Origin: Narcine bancroftii | Lineage: Eukaryota | Length of the DNA: 64,000 nucleotides | Assembly (NCBI RefSeq): GCF_036971445.1 | Contig: NC_091481.1 | Coordinates: forward strand, 10,106,001 to 10,170,000 | Reading direction: 5' to 3' | The notes under the pieces: generated by a model | Databases searched by the model: none | What the model was told of the DNA's origin: nothing | Seen by the model: the letters and a program-made list of their open reading frames with translations, nothing else | Part shown: positions 37,186 to 49,854 of the stretch, piece after piece | How the letters are laid out: every line of letters begins with the position of its first letter | Numbering within the stretch: position 1 is the stretch's first letter | Translations under genes and position numbers: made by a program

Positions 37186-37920
37186 CTGTGAAATGGTACT
37201 GTCTGTTTGTGACCTACACTAAACCCCCACAATCTATTGCTTTTAAAGACATATATATATATAATATACCCCATAGCAAAATCAATTCCACAGTTTATTT
37301 TGTAGCAGATAATGTTCATATTCAAGTTTATTATACAAGTACAACCCAGTGGAACAGTGTCCTCCGATCCTTAGTGCAAAATCATGCAAACACACAACCA
37401 AGGATGACACACATATAGACAAGTAATACATATACAGTACATATGTATATATAAATAAATAAATATTGTTTTAAGTCGTAGCCTTGAGTGTTAATATGAG
37501 CATTTCATTCAGTTGCATTATGATTGTAAACAATATAAATTGAATGACAAATTAATATATTTTAACTATACTCAGCTTACTTGTGAAACCATAGATAAAG
37601 GAAAAATAATGAATGATTTATCAGGCAGAAACCCATGGGTTCAACGTAATAGTTTCCACACTAATGTGTTCTTCATTGAGGAGTTCATTTATCTAATAGG
37701 TAGGTTTGGTTAAATATTTGACCTCTTGTCCTGCTCTTGGATAGAATTAGCCAACATGGCCATTCCTTTGTAAAGTATGCAAAATTTTCCTTTTTACCTA
37801 TTTAATGTTTTTTTTTTAAATTTTGCTATATTTAATGTTAACATTACTTTTTCCAATACCTGATCCAGAGTAATTGGAACTTTGAACAGAAGCGCATTCC
37901 GACCTTTTGAGCCTCTTCTG

Positions 37921-38182
37921 CAATTGAATTCGCTATTGGCTGATCTGTACATCAATTGAATTAGCTATTGGCTGATCTGCACTGCAATTGAATTCGCTAT
38001 TGGCTGATCTGCACTGCAATTGAATTCACTATTGGCTGATCTGCACTGTAATTGAATTAGCTATTGGCTGATCTGCACTGTAATTGAATTAGCTATTGGC
38101 TGATCTGCACTGCAATTGAATTAGCTATTGGCTGATCTGCACAGCAATTGAATTCACTATTGGCTGATCTGTACTACAATTG
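37921..38182. repeat. Minisatellite, 8 x 32 bp, inside a CR1 tail remnant
   Basis: Unit YAATTGAATTMRCTATTGGCTGATCTGYACTG at 37921, 37953, 37985, 38017, 38049, 38081, 38113 and 38145. Confidence 0.95.
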
Positions 38183-38625
38183 CATCTTTATTCTTTTGTC
38201 CCATAACCTCTAATAACCCTGTCTAAGAAAACGAATCAGTGCTTTGAACTTGCTAAATGTCTTACTGAGTCTTGTCACAGAGTAAGCATGAAACTTAGAC
38301 AAAATCCATACAGTAAATTTGAGCCCCTAATCCTCTCTCTGACATAGCTGACACAAGACTGTATTTTGCATTTGACATTTTCCTTCAGATATTTCAGCAC
38401 CTATAACTTTGATATTTCATTTCCACAATCCCTTAAAGAAGTTATTGTTTTTCCCCCTCCAGCTTCACTGTACAGATTGATGTCAAAAAGCTTTGAGGTT
38501 TATGTGAACTCTTATAAAGCTAACTCTTACATTACTCTTTGAACTATGAGATTGTGGAGAAGTAGAAGATTTGGTCACAAAAACAAGTTGTGAAATATTG
38601 AAAACGTGCTGGCTGTGATTTGGAA

Positions 38626-38719
38626 TGAATCACAAAAGTCTGCAGGTGCAGTGATTGTAGTGAAAACACATCAGAAATGCTGGAGACTGGCTAGTCCCTC
38701 CAGCATTTCAGTGTGTTTT
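38626..38719. mobile_element. Minimal palindromic Penelope-end element
   Basis: AAAACACA..GAAATGCTGGAG / CTCCAGCATTTC..TGTGTTTT hairpin, flanked by a perfect 14-bp direct repeat GCTGTGATTTGGAA (38612-38625, 38720-38733). Confidence 0.65.
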
Positions 38720-39335
38720 GCTGTGATTTGGAAATAGAATCAATTTATAATGATGTTAAGCTCAACCATAGAACTGAGGCCACGCCTTTTGCCACCTGCA
38801 CTAAAATTTGTCGAGATGCACTGTTCAATTGTGTATGTTAACAAAATAAAAGTACTTTTTTATTATGTTGAAAAAGCTCCATAAATGCAAGTTCTTGCCA
38901 TGATGAGATGAGACAGAGAAGGCAAGCCTCCAATAAATCTTAAAATTATACAAATTCAAATGGATTAAAGTCAGGTCTTGGTGTTCCGAACAACCAATTT
39001 AAATTGGGCTCCAGGCATTTTCTGTTTTTGGCAGAGAATCTTCATGAGCTGGAAGAATTTTGAGGTAATGATTGGTTTTAGAAACATCTCAATTGTGCCA
39101 CAATGGGTTGTGAAGGATGAGACTGAAAGCACTTCATCCAAACTCATCTTTTGATCTAACCAGTCACTCATATGACTATAATTTCACAAAAACAAAACTA
39201 ACCAGTACTTTAAAAAAAGTATTCAAGCATAGAGTTTAAATATCAAATTGGGCAAAGTAAAAGGAACTTCTCCTATTGCATTTTACCTGAGTACTACTTG
39301 ATTTCACAACAAATGAAATAAATGTTGTTAAAAGT

Positions 39336-39467
39336 NNNNNNNNNNNNNNNNNNNNNNNNNNNNNNNNNNNNNNNNNNNNNNNNNNNNNNNNNNNNNNNNN
39401 NNNNNNNNNNNNNNNNNNNNNNNNNNNNNNNNNNNNNNNNNNNNNNNNNNNNNNNNNNNNNNNNNNN
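39336..39467. other. Assembly gap (132 N)
   Basis: Run of N. Confidence 1.
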
Positions 39468-39839
39468 ATGAACCCTCTTGTAGGGTCAACAGCCTTCTAG
39501 CAAACACATGCTGTGAGGCACGGAAATATTCTTCTGGCTCTACATCTCAGGATAATGATGGTTCCTTTCAGTCAGTTTGTGGGGTTTGATATGAGGATAC
39601 CCCACTCTTCAGAAAGGAACAGCGAGTGTGTGAATGGATTGAGGTGAATAGGGGTTGCACAGGTCCAGACCCACCCTCCCAGATCCAGCAATATGGTGAG
39701 GTCCAAGACAACTGGGGGAAGTTCTGTTGCAGTGAATGGCCAGACCAAGCTTCGTTGCAAAATATGCCCTTTCCATGCTTCACGGCATGTGGTTGCTAGA
39801 TGGCTGTTGACCCTACAAGAAGATTCATCTCCCTTTCAC

Positions 39840-39892
<53 letters not shown>
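39840..39892. repeat. (GT)n microsatellite
   Basis: Read directly. Confidence 0.95.
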
Positions 39893-39894
<2 letters not shown>

Positions 39895-39919
39895 TAATAT
39901 GTGTGTGTGTATATAGCCG

Positions 39920-40150
39920 AGCAGTTAGCCCAATGCTGTTACAGTGTCAGCGACTGGGATTCAATTACAGAACTATTTGTAAGGAGCTTGTATGTTCTCC
40001 CCGTGTCTGCGTGGGTTTCTTCTGGGTGCTCCAGTTTCTCCCCACCTTTCATAACTACCGGGATGGTAGGTCAATTGGGTGTAATTGGGCCACACGGTCT
40101 CATGGACCTGAAAAGCCCTGTTACTGTGCTGTATGCTGAAATTTAAAAAT
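39920..40150 (+). mobile_element. V-SINE (HE1-like)
   Basis: V-domain GTTCTCCCCGTGTCTGCGTGGGTTTCTTCTGGGTGCTCCAGTTTC. Confidence 0.8.
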
Positions 40151-41159
40151 TTAAACCGTCTATTAAATATATTTGACACAGAAACACAGAAATGCATTTG
40201 GAGATAATAGGGCAGATAAACAAAAGTTTAATCAAAGATTTCAAGGTAAGTTTTAGAAGATCAAGGAGTGACAGTGCTATGTGGAAGTGATTTGAGAGCT
40301 TGTTCCTCAGGCAACTGAAAGCACAGTGCCAATGACTGAGGAATGCACAGGAGGCAATTACTGAAGCAGAGCAGTGATCTTGCCTAGCTAGAGGAAGTTA
40401 TAGAAAAAGGAAGGAAAAAAGCCATGGGGAGATGTGAAAACACAAGGGAGCATTAAAAATGAGCTTTGTAGGATAAGCAACTAATGTTGACCAATGAGCA
40501 CAGAGCTGATTCATGGACAGGATTTGGTGCATTGGGCTTTCGGCCACAGAGTTTTCAATTAGCCACCAGTTGACTTCTCAGTTGTTTCCAGGCATTGTTT
40601 ATTTAATTTTTATAGGCATGGCACAACTGTTTGAAATGAAGGTAGCCCAGAAATCTAAGTACAAGTTATCTACTTATAATGGTTCATTGGTTATTAACTG
40701 GAACACTCGGAACAGTAAAGCACTTAAGGGGTTCGATTTATCTTCAATTAGAGGGGCATCTGTTCCATTCCTGTGGTTTCTATTTCTCTTTCTATCTCAC
40801 TAATGTGCCTATTCTCTTTATATCTTTGTCTTCCTATGTTTTGCCTCTTTTCCCATTGTTTTCATCATTCAAGCTGTTTGTGCCTCCTCTTGTTCACTCA
40901 AAGAAACACTTGATAACAATTTCCCCTGCAGTCTGCATTTCAAACATTAAAAAATTATATCCATTCATTGGTATTTTAGCGAACATAAATTATTTCAGTA
41001 CATTTTACTTTTGAGTGATTTTTTTGTTGAAGAAATCCACCCTTTTTTCAAAGTAGGCAGCAGTGCTACGGTCTTTGGTGTACTAACATTGAATGACACT
41101 TTTTAAAAAGTAGAAGTGGCATGTTGGAGACCAAATGGCCTTGATCTATGCTGTCAACT

Positions 41160-41306
41160 TGGGCAGCACGAATAGCAAACAGTGTCACACTGTTACCGCA
41201 CCAGCAACCGGGGTTAGAATCCATTGTTGTTTATAAGGAGCTTGTATATTCTCCCCTTGTCTGTGTGGATTTCTTCTGGGTGCTCCAGTTACCTCCCATC
41301 CTTCAA
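41160..41306 (+). mobile_element. V-SINE (HE1-like), 3'-truncated
   Basis: GGGCAGCACG head, box B-like GGGTTAGAATCC, V-domain. Confidence 0.75.
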
Positions 41307-42714
41307 AATTTTAAACGATGCATTTCTATCTTAAAAACAAAATGGCTTGGTTGAATAGACTGCTCATTTCTGCCTTATATAGAATTAAATGGTTTACAAA
41401 ACCATCATGCCATTTCAGTTGAAGAGTTATAAAGACAGCTCTTGGTCTCATTCCAATCAAGTGCTCCATCGATTTTGAATCTGTTGATAGATTCTGTACC
41501 CTGTGAGTTGCAGACCCATCGTTACCTTGCAAACCTTCCATCAATTATCTTCAATCGTGCTTTCCTCTCTTGACCTCTCAGCTCAGCGAATCCTGTTCAT
41601 TTTAGCTCCTTTAATAATCTCATACATCTCAATTTGATCATTGTGTAAAGAAAACCATCCCACTCTAACCAATCTTTTGTCATTATTCAGTTTACCACCT
41701 TTGTCTCCAGTACTTTCTCAGTCCTTTCACTGTAGCCCAAATAACGTTTTATTCAATTCCAGCAAAACTTCTTTGTTTGTGGATTCTGTTTTGGTCAGTA
41801 ATTAAAAATATTCTATATGTCTTATTGACCATCCGATTTGCAATAGTCCCCAAATCACAGTGCTCAAAATGCTGTAGTTGAGACACTTCCTGCAAATGAA
41901 CCAATGTGATTCTTCATCTATGGAAATAGTGTCATGGGATAATAGCAGTTTGACACTCGCCAGTGTCCACACATCCACAATCTGAGTATTGAGAAGTTCC
42001 CTTTTCCAATGTGGGTATGTGACAGGTCATGATGGTTCCCATTGCTCAGAAACTTTGAGATCACCAGACCAGCTGAACAACCAATCATATTACTGTCACA
42101 GACTGCATACCCAAAAGCAAAATGTACATTTTTAATTAATTTGTTTGACATTTTACATTTAGGATAGGGACATTGTAGTTGTGATTTAGAAGCAGAGGTT
42201 TCATACATTTTGTCATTTTTTTATAATGTATGGCCTTTTCCAGAACAATCTCATTACTTTCATTTCCACATACTTTCCCCACTGCTCTGAAAATTATTTA
42301 CTTTTGTGTCGATCCAGTTCCCTCTTGAAATTCCATTTTCCAACATTCCCTGCAGTCAGTAAATTCTTGAAATGCATGAAAGAAGAGTTATCTTGCCTCA
42401 TTTGCTCAAATTTTAATCTCTGGCTGCTGATCCCTGAAAAAGGATTATAATACCCACTCATACAATTATTGCTTGGAGATGAATAATTTGCTAAGCAATA
42501 TTTATGGCACATCATTTAAAAACTTGGATCCTTTATTTTCTTTATTTATCCAGTGTATTTTATAGCAGGATATGTTAGTAAATCGTTTAAATTCATATCA
42601 ATTCAATTCAATCAGTGTAATCTGTGGCTGAATTACCAACAGCAAATTTAAAGTGTACGTTTTGAAAGTCTGTACAACAGCAATGACAACCAGTGCCAGT
42701 AGTTTTGACATTAC

Positions 42715-43063
42715 TTGTGGCTAGGGGACCCGCACAGGCTTCTGGAGACTGGCTCATGGGAACCAGGTATCAGGAACAGGGACTCAAGATGGGGTTCCCA
42801 AAGGGCCTTGAGGGCTGAAAGCTTCTTGATGGCATCAGAGGTTTGGACCTGGAGCTCAGGTTGCCGATGGATAGAACAGGAGTCTGTGCGGCTGCAGAGG
42901 CTGTGGGTGCACTGGAAGTGGATTCATGGACACTCAGTGACTCTGATAATACTCTCTTTTGCTTCTCTTTCTCACTGTTAATGGCACTGGGTGATGCCTA
43001 ATGGTGACTCTGTCGATATTACATGTTCTATGCTATTACATGACAATAAATCTTGACTCTTGA
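42715..43063 (+). mobile_element. Non-coding retroposon fragment with Rex1-like tail
   Basis: Shares TGGAGACTGGCTC..AGGTAT with 9955-9985; ends CATGACAATAAATCTTGACTCTTGA. Confidence 0.5.
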
Positions 43064-43174
43064 TTCGTTGGTATTTCAAAATCTAGACAGTCTTTCTTTG
43101 CCTCTTCATGGGTGGTCACCCTTTACCAATGCAAAAGTTTCTATTTTTTTCAAGAGGAAAAGGAACATGCATTT

Positions 43175-43415
43175 TTTAATTTAGATGTACAGCATGGTAA
43201 CAGATTCTTTTGGCCTACGAGTCTGTGCTGTCTGATTACACCCAATTGACTGACAATCCCCAGTATGTTTTGAATGGTGGGAGGAAACCGGAGTTCTCGG
43301 AGGAAGCCCACACAGACACGGGAAGAACATACAAATTCCTTAAAGACAATGCTGGTTTTGAACCTGGATTGCTGGCGTTGTAACAGCATTGTGCTAACAT
43401 CTACACTAACTGTGC
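43175..43415 (-). mobile_element. V-SINE (HE1-like)
   Basis: Reverse-complement V-domain GGTGGGAGGAAACCGGAGTTCTCGGAGGAAGCCCACACAGACACGGG. Confidence 0.8.
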
Positions 43416-44622
43416 CACCAAAGATCCAGAAACAGATAAGATGTAAAATGTGTTATCTCCCAATATTTTATAATGTCAAAAATATCTTTTTTAGGTTTCA
43501 AGTTACTGATTGTCCACAGAATCAAACTGTGTGTAATTTAAGTATTAGTTGTCACAAAACCAGGATTCATGTTCACACCAACAACTGGGTGGTTGCTTGG
43601 TGGAAATGAAATTGCCAGGTAGTACGGGCACACAGAAGATGGCTCAAACCAGAGAAGGCTGTTATTTAATTTCAACAAAGGGTTAACTGTGGTTTGGTTG
43701 ATAGCACTCTTTGCTCCATAATCGGAAGATTGGAGGTTCAAAAACACTCCAAATATTTGAACAGAAAATCGAGGCTAGTACAGTACTCAGCACAAAGGAG
43801 CATGGCATTTTTGGCACACTGCCTTTAGATGTAAATAGAGCAGTACAGCACAGGCCCTTTGGCCCATAATATCTGTTCCAAACATTGCTATTGTATCTGC
43901 TTCTTCCATTTCCACTGTGTTTAAGAAAAAACTTGCCTCATTTCACTTTAAACTGATGCCTTCTAATATTGGTAATTTCCTTCCTGAGATAAAATCCTAA
44001 TCTATGTCCCATAAATTTTACATACTTCTATTGAGTCACCCCTCATTCTCTTACAATCTAACGAAAACAATCTAGGCCATGCTAGTAACGGGGAGAACAT
44101 ACAAATTCCTTAGGACTGCACCAGATTCGAACCCAAGTCGCCTGCACTGTAATAATGTTGACAGCATCCAATAACCCCACAAATACATTTGAATCCATCA
44201 GATCATCAAACTGAGATCCAGCATTCAGACAGCAATGAGTGAGTGAAAAAAAATCCCGCTTACAATCTGGCTCACAAATGCTAAAATGCTAAAGACATTT
44301 ACTAAATGAAAGTAATTCCAGTTGCTTTTTACATCTCTGTAGGGCTCAAAGCCCAGTTTCTCACTGAGCCTTTCAAGTTCCCACATGTTGGAAATCAAAG
44401 TTAACATCTGTTTTTAAGCGACTACAACTTTCACATCTAGAATTATGTTTAGTAGGTATTTCATGGCAAACATAAATAGTAAAAAGGGGGAAAAAGAAAA
44501 TGCATTTACATGACCCAAGGGTGCCCCAAAACATTTTACGAGCAATAAAGTACTTCTAAGTTCCTGGCAATAGGGCAAGTAAGTTAAATACAACAGAATA
44601 AGGACATTATAATGATCAATTT

Positions 44623-45223
44623 CACTGGACAACAAAGATTTTGGTTCCTGAACACTTTTAGGTGTTTTTTTAATGGATTTTTAGGCCGTTGATCATGAAA
44701 TTTGCCGAAAAGTTTCCTATCACATACCGTTTTTAGCTATAACCTATTTTTGTGGTTTCCTGCCATACTTTAAGTCTACTTCAAGCATCCAAACCATGAA
44801 GTGTAGCATGTCATTGAAAATTTATTTTCTGCATTTGCTCTTGGACTTCTTCCCTGCTGAACTTGGTGTGGTCAGTGATGAATGTGGTGAAAGATTTCAC
44901 AAGAACATTGAAACCATGGAAAATTGGTATCAGGGCAACTTCATTTTTGACTGGCTAATGTTGAATGTTGACACGAGAGGCATCAGATGCTGAGTACAAA
45001 TGAAATCAGCAGCAAAACATTTTTCGGTCGGCTAAACTAACAGGATGTGTCAGCTTCATGATGCGATTGAACATGCTAAATTCAGTCAACGTTAATTTAA
45101 TGTTTCTCCATACACGATACAGCAAATCTGAAATTATCTTTGGGTTCAGTTTAAAGTTGTTGATCGTTATCACCAAATTCTTTTCAGGAAGCCAACCTTT
45201 TGTAAAACAATTATTGTCCAGTG
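44623..45223 (+). mobile_element. Chapaev3-like (CMC) non-autonomous DNA transposon, both ends intact
   Basis: TIR CACTGGACAA / TTGTCCAGTG with TTT on both flanks (3-bp TSD); transposase remnant MSLKIYFLHLLLDFFPAELGVVSDECGERFHKNIETMENWYQGN (from 44808). Confidence 0.8.
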
Positions 45224-46789
45224 TTTTTGGAGTCCAGTTGTCCAATTGGTTAACGGGTATTAATTTCGATAGATGTTCCCAACCTTCATGAATGATAGCC
45301 CCACTTGTTCACATAAAGTAAAATAGGTATTCTATAATTTCTCCCCCTGCCACATGAATACCTGATGATGACATTTTTGAACAGTCGGGGAATTTAGGGT
45401 TATGGGAAACAGGCGGGGAAGTGGAGCTGAGTCGATGACCAGTTCAACCATGATCTTTTTGAACAGTGGAGCAAGGTTGACAGGCCAGATGGCCTGCTCC
45501 AATTTCTTATGTTCTTCTTATAAGTGCCTCTCGTTTTTATGGACTGTCTGTCAGCATCTGGGGAAGCTAGTGTGCGGAATATAATTTTTGGTTTTAACTT
45601 TCCAACTAACTTACCTACATAACATCAGACGGTCCCCTTGCAATCTGTGATGCCCTGCTTACCCTCTCCCCAAAGGGTCACACAACCCGACTTTGGGGAT
45701 CATTCAGGTAAGAACGGTGAGAATACTTCTGTATTCAAATGGCTTATTTTAACTGCAAAAGCGTGACAACTGGTTGATTCAACACATCAAGGTCAAGAAA
45801 GGAGGAAACTCTCCATTGATTTCACAGTACTGAGAAGTTATAACCGTCACAAATGGCTGAACATTTTGATAACTCTGGAAAATAAAAGGTGGAAGGTTAG
45901 CCTAATAAACAATCTTTAAAATTCAGAAAGGTTTGGTAGAATTGAGCTCTGGTATCTCTGCTCCATGCAGAATGTGGTGTCTTTTAAGCCTGCAGTTTAA
46001 GAGAATTGATCTGGAGCCTATTATTCCCAATCATGGATGAATCCAAAACTAGAAGTCATGAATTCAAAACAGTCACTGATAAATCCAAAGCAGAACTCAG
46101 GAAAAAAATCTCCTTTACTCAGAGATGAATGTGGAATTCTCAGGCATTAATAGCTCAAATACAAATAAAAGAAACTCCATAAATTCGGCCAAAAACCCCT
46201 TCTGTGGTTTCTTGCAATAGATTCATTTGAGAAATTTTGTGCTTCTAACCTAAGTGAGCATTTGTTCATCTATCAAAACCCCAATGGAGTGTTCTTCCTG
46301 ATTTACAAGGCCAGCCATTGCCATCTACAGGTAGGAAATTGTATTGCAAATATGAGCCAACACTTGACATCCCAAAGTGGTTTGTCATGTCTTTGTGCAT
46401 GATGTGTTTGACTTTTTTTTTGTTAAAACAAGAGGTTAAGCAATGATTGTGTGTCTTGTGAGCTTGCAGAGCACCACAGATTTTGGATCCAGGTATTTTG
46501 TGTTGCCGTCTATATGTATCAGGCAGTGATTGTTTTTGGTGCAGAACGCAAACGTGCTGGCTTCTCAGCATTCTACACCAGAATCTGCAGATTACTTGCT
46601 TGATTTTGATGCCTTCTTTCTGGTTTGATGAGGCTCAGCATTTAGTCTGCACTTTATAGGCTTCATCAGAAGGGTGATATAAGTGTTTGTTTTACTGTGT
46701 TACCATTACAGCTGTGCCCACCTCCCCATACTTCTTGCTACAAATGTTCCCAGGTTCTTTCAGTCATCTCCTGGCTGACCACATGCTCA

Positions 46790-47660
46790 TTCCCATTCAG
46801 CCCACATTTGGATGCTATCCTCAGCAATTCTTCATTCCTCACTATCCCTCAAACTTTTCCCCGTTTCTACACCCTTGTGACCATTTCCTGCATCTCCAAC
46901 AGCCTTCACCTACCCTCCGCTTTCCGTAGGGACCGCTCCCTCCAGGACTCCCTTGTTCAGTAGTCCCCTCTAATCACCCCCTCTGTACCTACTCCTGTGA
47001 CCACAGGAAATGCTATATTTGCACCCACACCTCCTCCCTCACCAACTTTCGGGTCCCCAAACAGTCCATCCAAGTGAATCTACAGGGATCATTTACTACA
47101 TCTGGTGCTCCTGTTGCAGCTGCTTCTACAGGCTGGGAGATCATTTCATTAAGCACTTTCACTCGGTCCAGTGGCAACCTATTTTAATTCCACACACCAT
47201 TCTCACACTAACATCTCTATCCATGGCCTCATGTACTGTCAAACTGAGGGTAATATTCTATCTGGGCACTCACTAACCAGACATCATCAACATCAACTTC
47301 TTTAGCTTCTGTTAATCCCCTCCCCGTTTCTCTTTCCTTATCTGTCTCCTTTCCTCCAGCTTCCCACTCCTTCTGTTCTTTCTCCATTCAGAGAGATTTC
47401 CCCCTCCCCCTTTCACCTCAACTTTTTCTTTTCTACCTTCCTACCTAGATCCGCCTATGACCCCTTACCTGTTAGCCTGTATTCTTCTCCCTGGCCTTAC
47501 CTCTATCCTCTCCTCTCCTTCACCCACCTCCATCACCCCCACCCCTGCCTGCCTACTTTTTGTTCATACCTTGAGAAAGGGCTCAGGCCCAAAACGTTAG
47601 ATATCCTTTATCTCCCAAAGATGCTGTGCAACCTGCTGAGTTTCTCCAGCACCTTTGCAT
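46790..47660 (+). mobile_element. Penelope-like element fragment
   Basis: Colinear with 17560-18490; STGIIYYIWCSCC; pLTR CCTTGAGAAAGGGCTCAGGCCCAAAACGTT at 47569. Confidence 0.8.
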
Positions 47661-48629
47661 GTTGCCCCACCCTCCTGATATCTGACTTTCCCTCTCCCAA
47701 TCATCTGCTCTCCTACCTCTATCCCCAATTTCTTTTCTAACCCACTTCTTTCTTGATCTTCAAAAAAGATCAAAATGCACCTAAGAGGCCTCTGAGGTAG
47801 GTGTCTAATCAAGCCTTTGCCCTTGCAGAATATTGTGATATGGTTCAGGAAGGGTACCCAGCACAAACCCAGCTCTGCCCTGTCCTCAAGTGAGAAACAA
47901 CGGTTCCATCACAGATACCTTGTTACCTCACTCTTCAGCAGTCCAAAATACTTCTGTTAATTCCAGTATTTTGTTTTCCATTTTGCAGCCATCTTTTTGC
48001 ACCAGATTTACTACTGATTTAACTTGGAGTTTTCAGTAATTACCTGTTCTCGCAAACCCTGGTGTATCTGTACTCAGAGTTCAGGATGCTAGCTGCTGAT
48101 ATACATTAGTTTACACACTCATCTAATGCTGCATTTGCCAATTAAAGCCTACAGTCAGAAATGTTTTTATTTGGGGGGTTACCACGAGCCAGCGTTGTGA
48201 GTTCATATCCCACATAACAACTGTTCCCTTGAGTACAGGTGGTGTAAAGTTTGTGAAAAGTCCAAAAATAATTCCCTTCATTTTCTTTAAAATCATGGTC
48301 ATTAAATTTTTTTATCCTCCCATATAATGATAGACATGACCTTGTTTTAATATCCAAAATTATGTGCTGCCTATATAGAAATAGTGGTTGCAATTCAAAC
48401 TTACACCTTCTGCTATAAAGCACTTGGGAGCATACTGTCATCATGAAAGGTGGTATGTAAATTTTTAAGTTTAAGTATCTTTGTCACAAAATTACTAGGA
48501 CAGTGAGAAGGGTTATTCTGCGAACAGACTCACAGGTCATCTCCAACATTCATGTAGCCAAGTAAGGAGCCCAATATAGAGCTACAATGAAAAGGAAATT
48601 CAATTAGCACCAAACAAGGCAGTATGATA

Positions 48630-49025
48630 GCACGGTTAAAGGATTTATTCAGAAGCCTGATGGCTGTAGCCTGTCTTTGAGCCTGTTTGTGAGTACTTTC
48701 ACTCTCTTAAGCTTCCTGATGCAGGGAGGGAGAAGAGATTGAATCTTGAGGTGTGATGGGGTTTTCAGTGTGTTGGCTGTCTTTTCTTGGCGATGGGAGA
48801 TGTAGATGATGTCCATGGAGGAGACAGAAGTTTGCGCTGAGTTCTGAGCTGCCTTCACTTCCTTCTGCAGCTTCTTCCGATCTTCAGCAGAACAGTGGTG
48901 CTTCCAGCAAGTCTGCTTTCAATGGTGCACCTGCTGATGGATGTGAACATGCTAAATTTCTTTAGATTTCTGAGAAGGTAGAGGCATGGGTGTTCTTTCC
49001 TGACCATCATATCAATGTTCTTGCC
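48630..49025 (-). mobile_element. Old Rex1/Babar-like LINE fragment
   Basis: Minus translation SMDIIYISHRQEKTANTLKTPSH..TNRLKD. Confidence 0.6.
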
Positions 49026-49223
49026 CTGGCTTATGTCAATTCTAATTGAACCTGTTTCCTTTTTTTGACTTCAATCCCATTAATGTGCTTGCTTGCAAAT
49101 TTGTCTATAATTTCTCTTTGAAGGTGATGGAGTTTTAATTCAATAGGATTAAACTGCATCTCCCTGATGGAATGGGGAGTCCTCATCTATGATGCTTAAC
49201 CTGGATTCTATATTTTATTTCAG

Positions 49224-49404
49224 TGTGTCTCACAGCAGTAACAGCCGATATAGTCTTTGCAGTGGATGAATCATGGAATATGAGAGAGGAAAATTTCCAG
49301 AGTATCAAAGAATTCCTCAATAACATTATAACATCATTCCAGAAGACTCCAATTGGCAAGGATGGCATTCGATTTGGAGTCACACTTTATAGTGACCTTC
49401 CAAG
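49224..49404 (+). CDS. col7a1-like: Collagen alpha-1(VII)-like, coding exon 2 (vWA N-terminal part)
   Basis: TTTTATTTCAG acceptor and AAG|GTAAAC donor; (V)CLTAVTADIVFAVDESWNMREENFQSIKEFLNNIITSF..GIRFGVTLYSDLP(R); 181 nt, phase 1/2, as in human COL7A1 exon 2. Confidence 0.92.
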
Positions 49405-49459
49405 GTAAACCAAAGATTTACAGCTTCCTTTTTTTAACTTAGAATATAGAACATTACAG

Positions 49460-49854
49460 TAAAAACACAATGCTGGAGAAACCCAGCTGGTCAAACAGTA
49501 TACTTTATATATAAAAGCTAATGATACATAACAAATGTTTGAGCTTGAGCCCTTCATCAAGGTAAGGATAAAATATTGGCAGGCACCTGAACAAAATGGT
49601 AGGGGGGGGTGAGGGGGAGGAGCATGCTGCTATTACCTATGACCTCCTGCCTTTGAAACTGTACTCCTCACCCCTACCATTTTGTTTTGGTGCCTGACAA
49701 TATTTTGCCAATACCTTGATGAAGGGCTCAAGCCCAAAATGTTGGTTCTGTATCTTTATCTTTGCTATTATAAAGGACACTGTTTGACCTGCTGAGTTTT
49801 TCCAGCATTGTGTCTTTACTTCAACCATGATGTCTCCACACTTTTGTGTTTAAC
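49460..49854. mobile_element. Fold-back Penelope pLTR element inserted in a CR1 tail
   Basis: Minus arm 49460-49625 and plus arm 49630-49848, each with a TTGATGAAGGGCTCAAGC core; flanking repeat ATAGAAYATTACAG (49446-49459, 49855-49868). Confidence 0.75.

Noticed and set aside
37921-38182. 32-bp repeat array as a CRISPR array
   Set aside because: The units are head-to-tail with no unique spacers, there are no cas genes, and the context is a vertebrate intron
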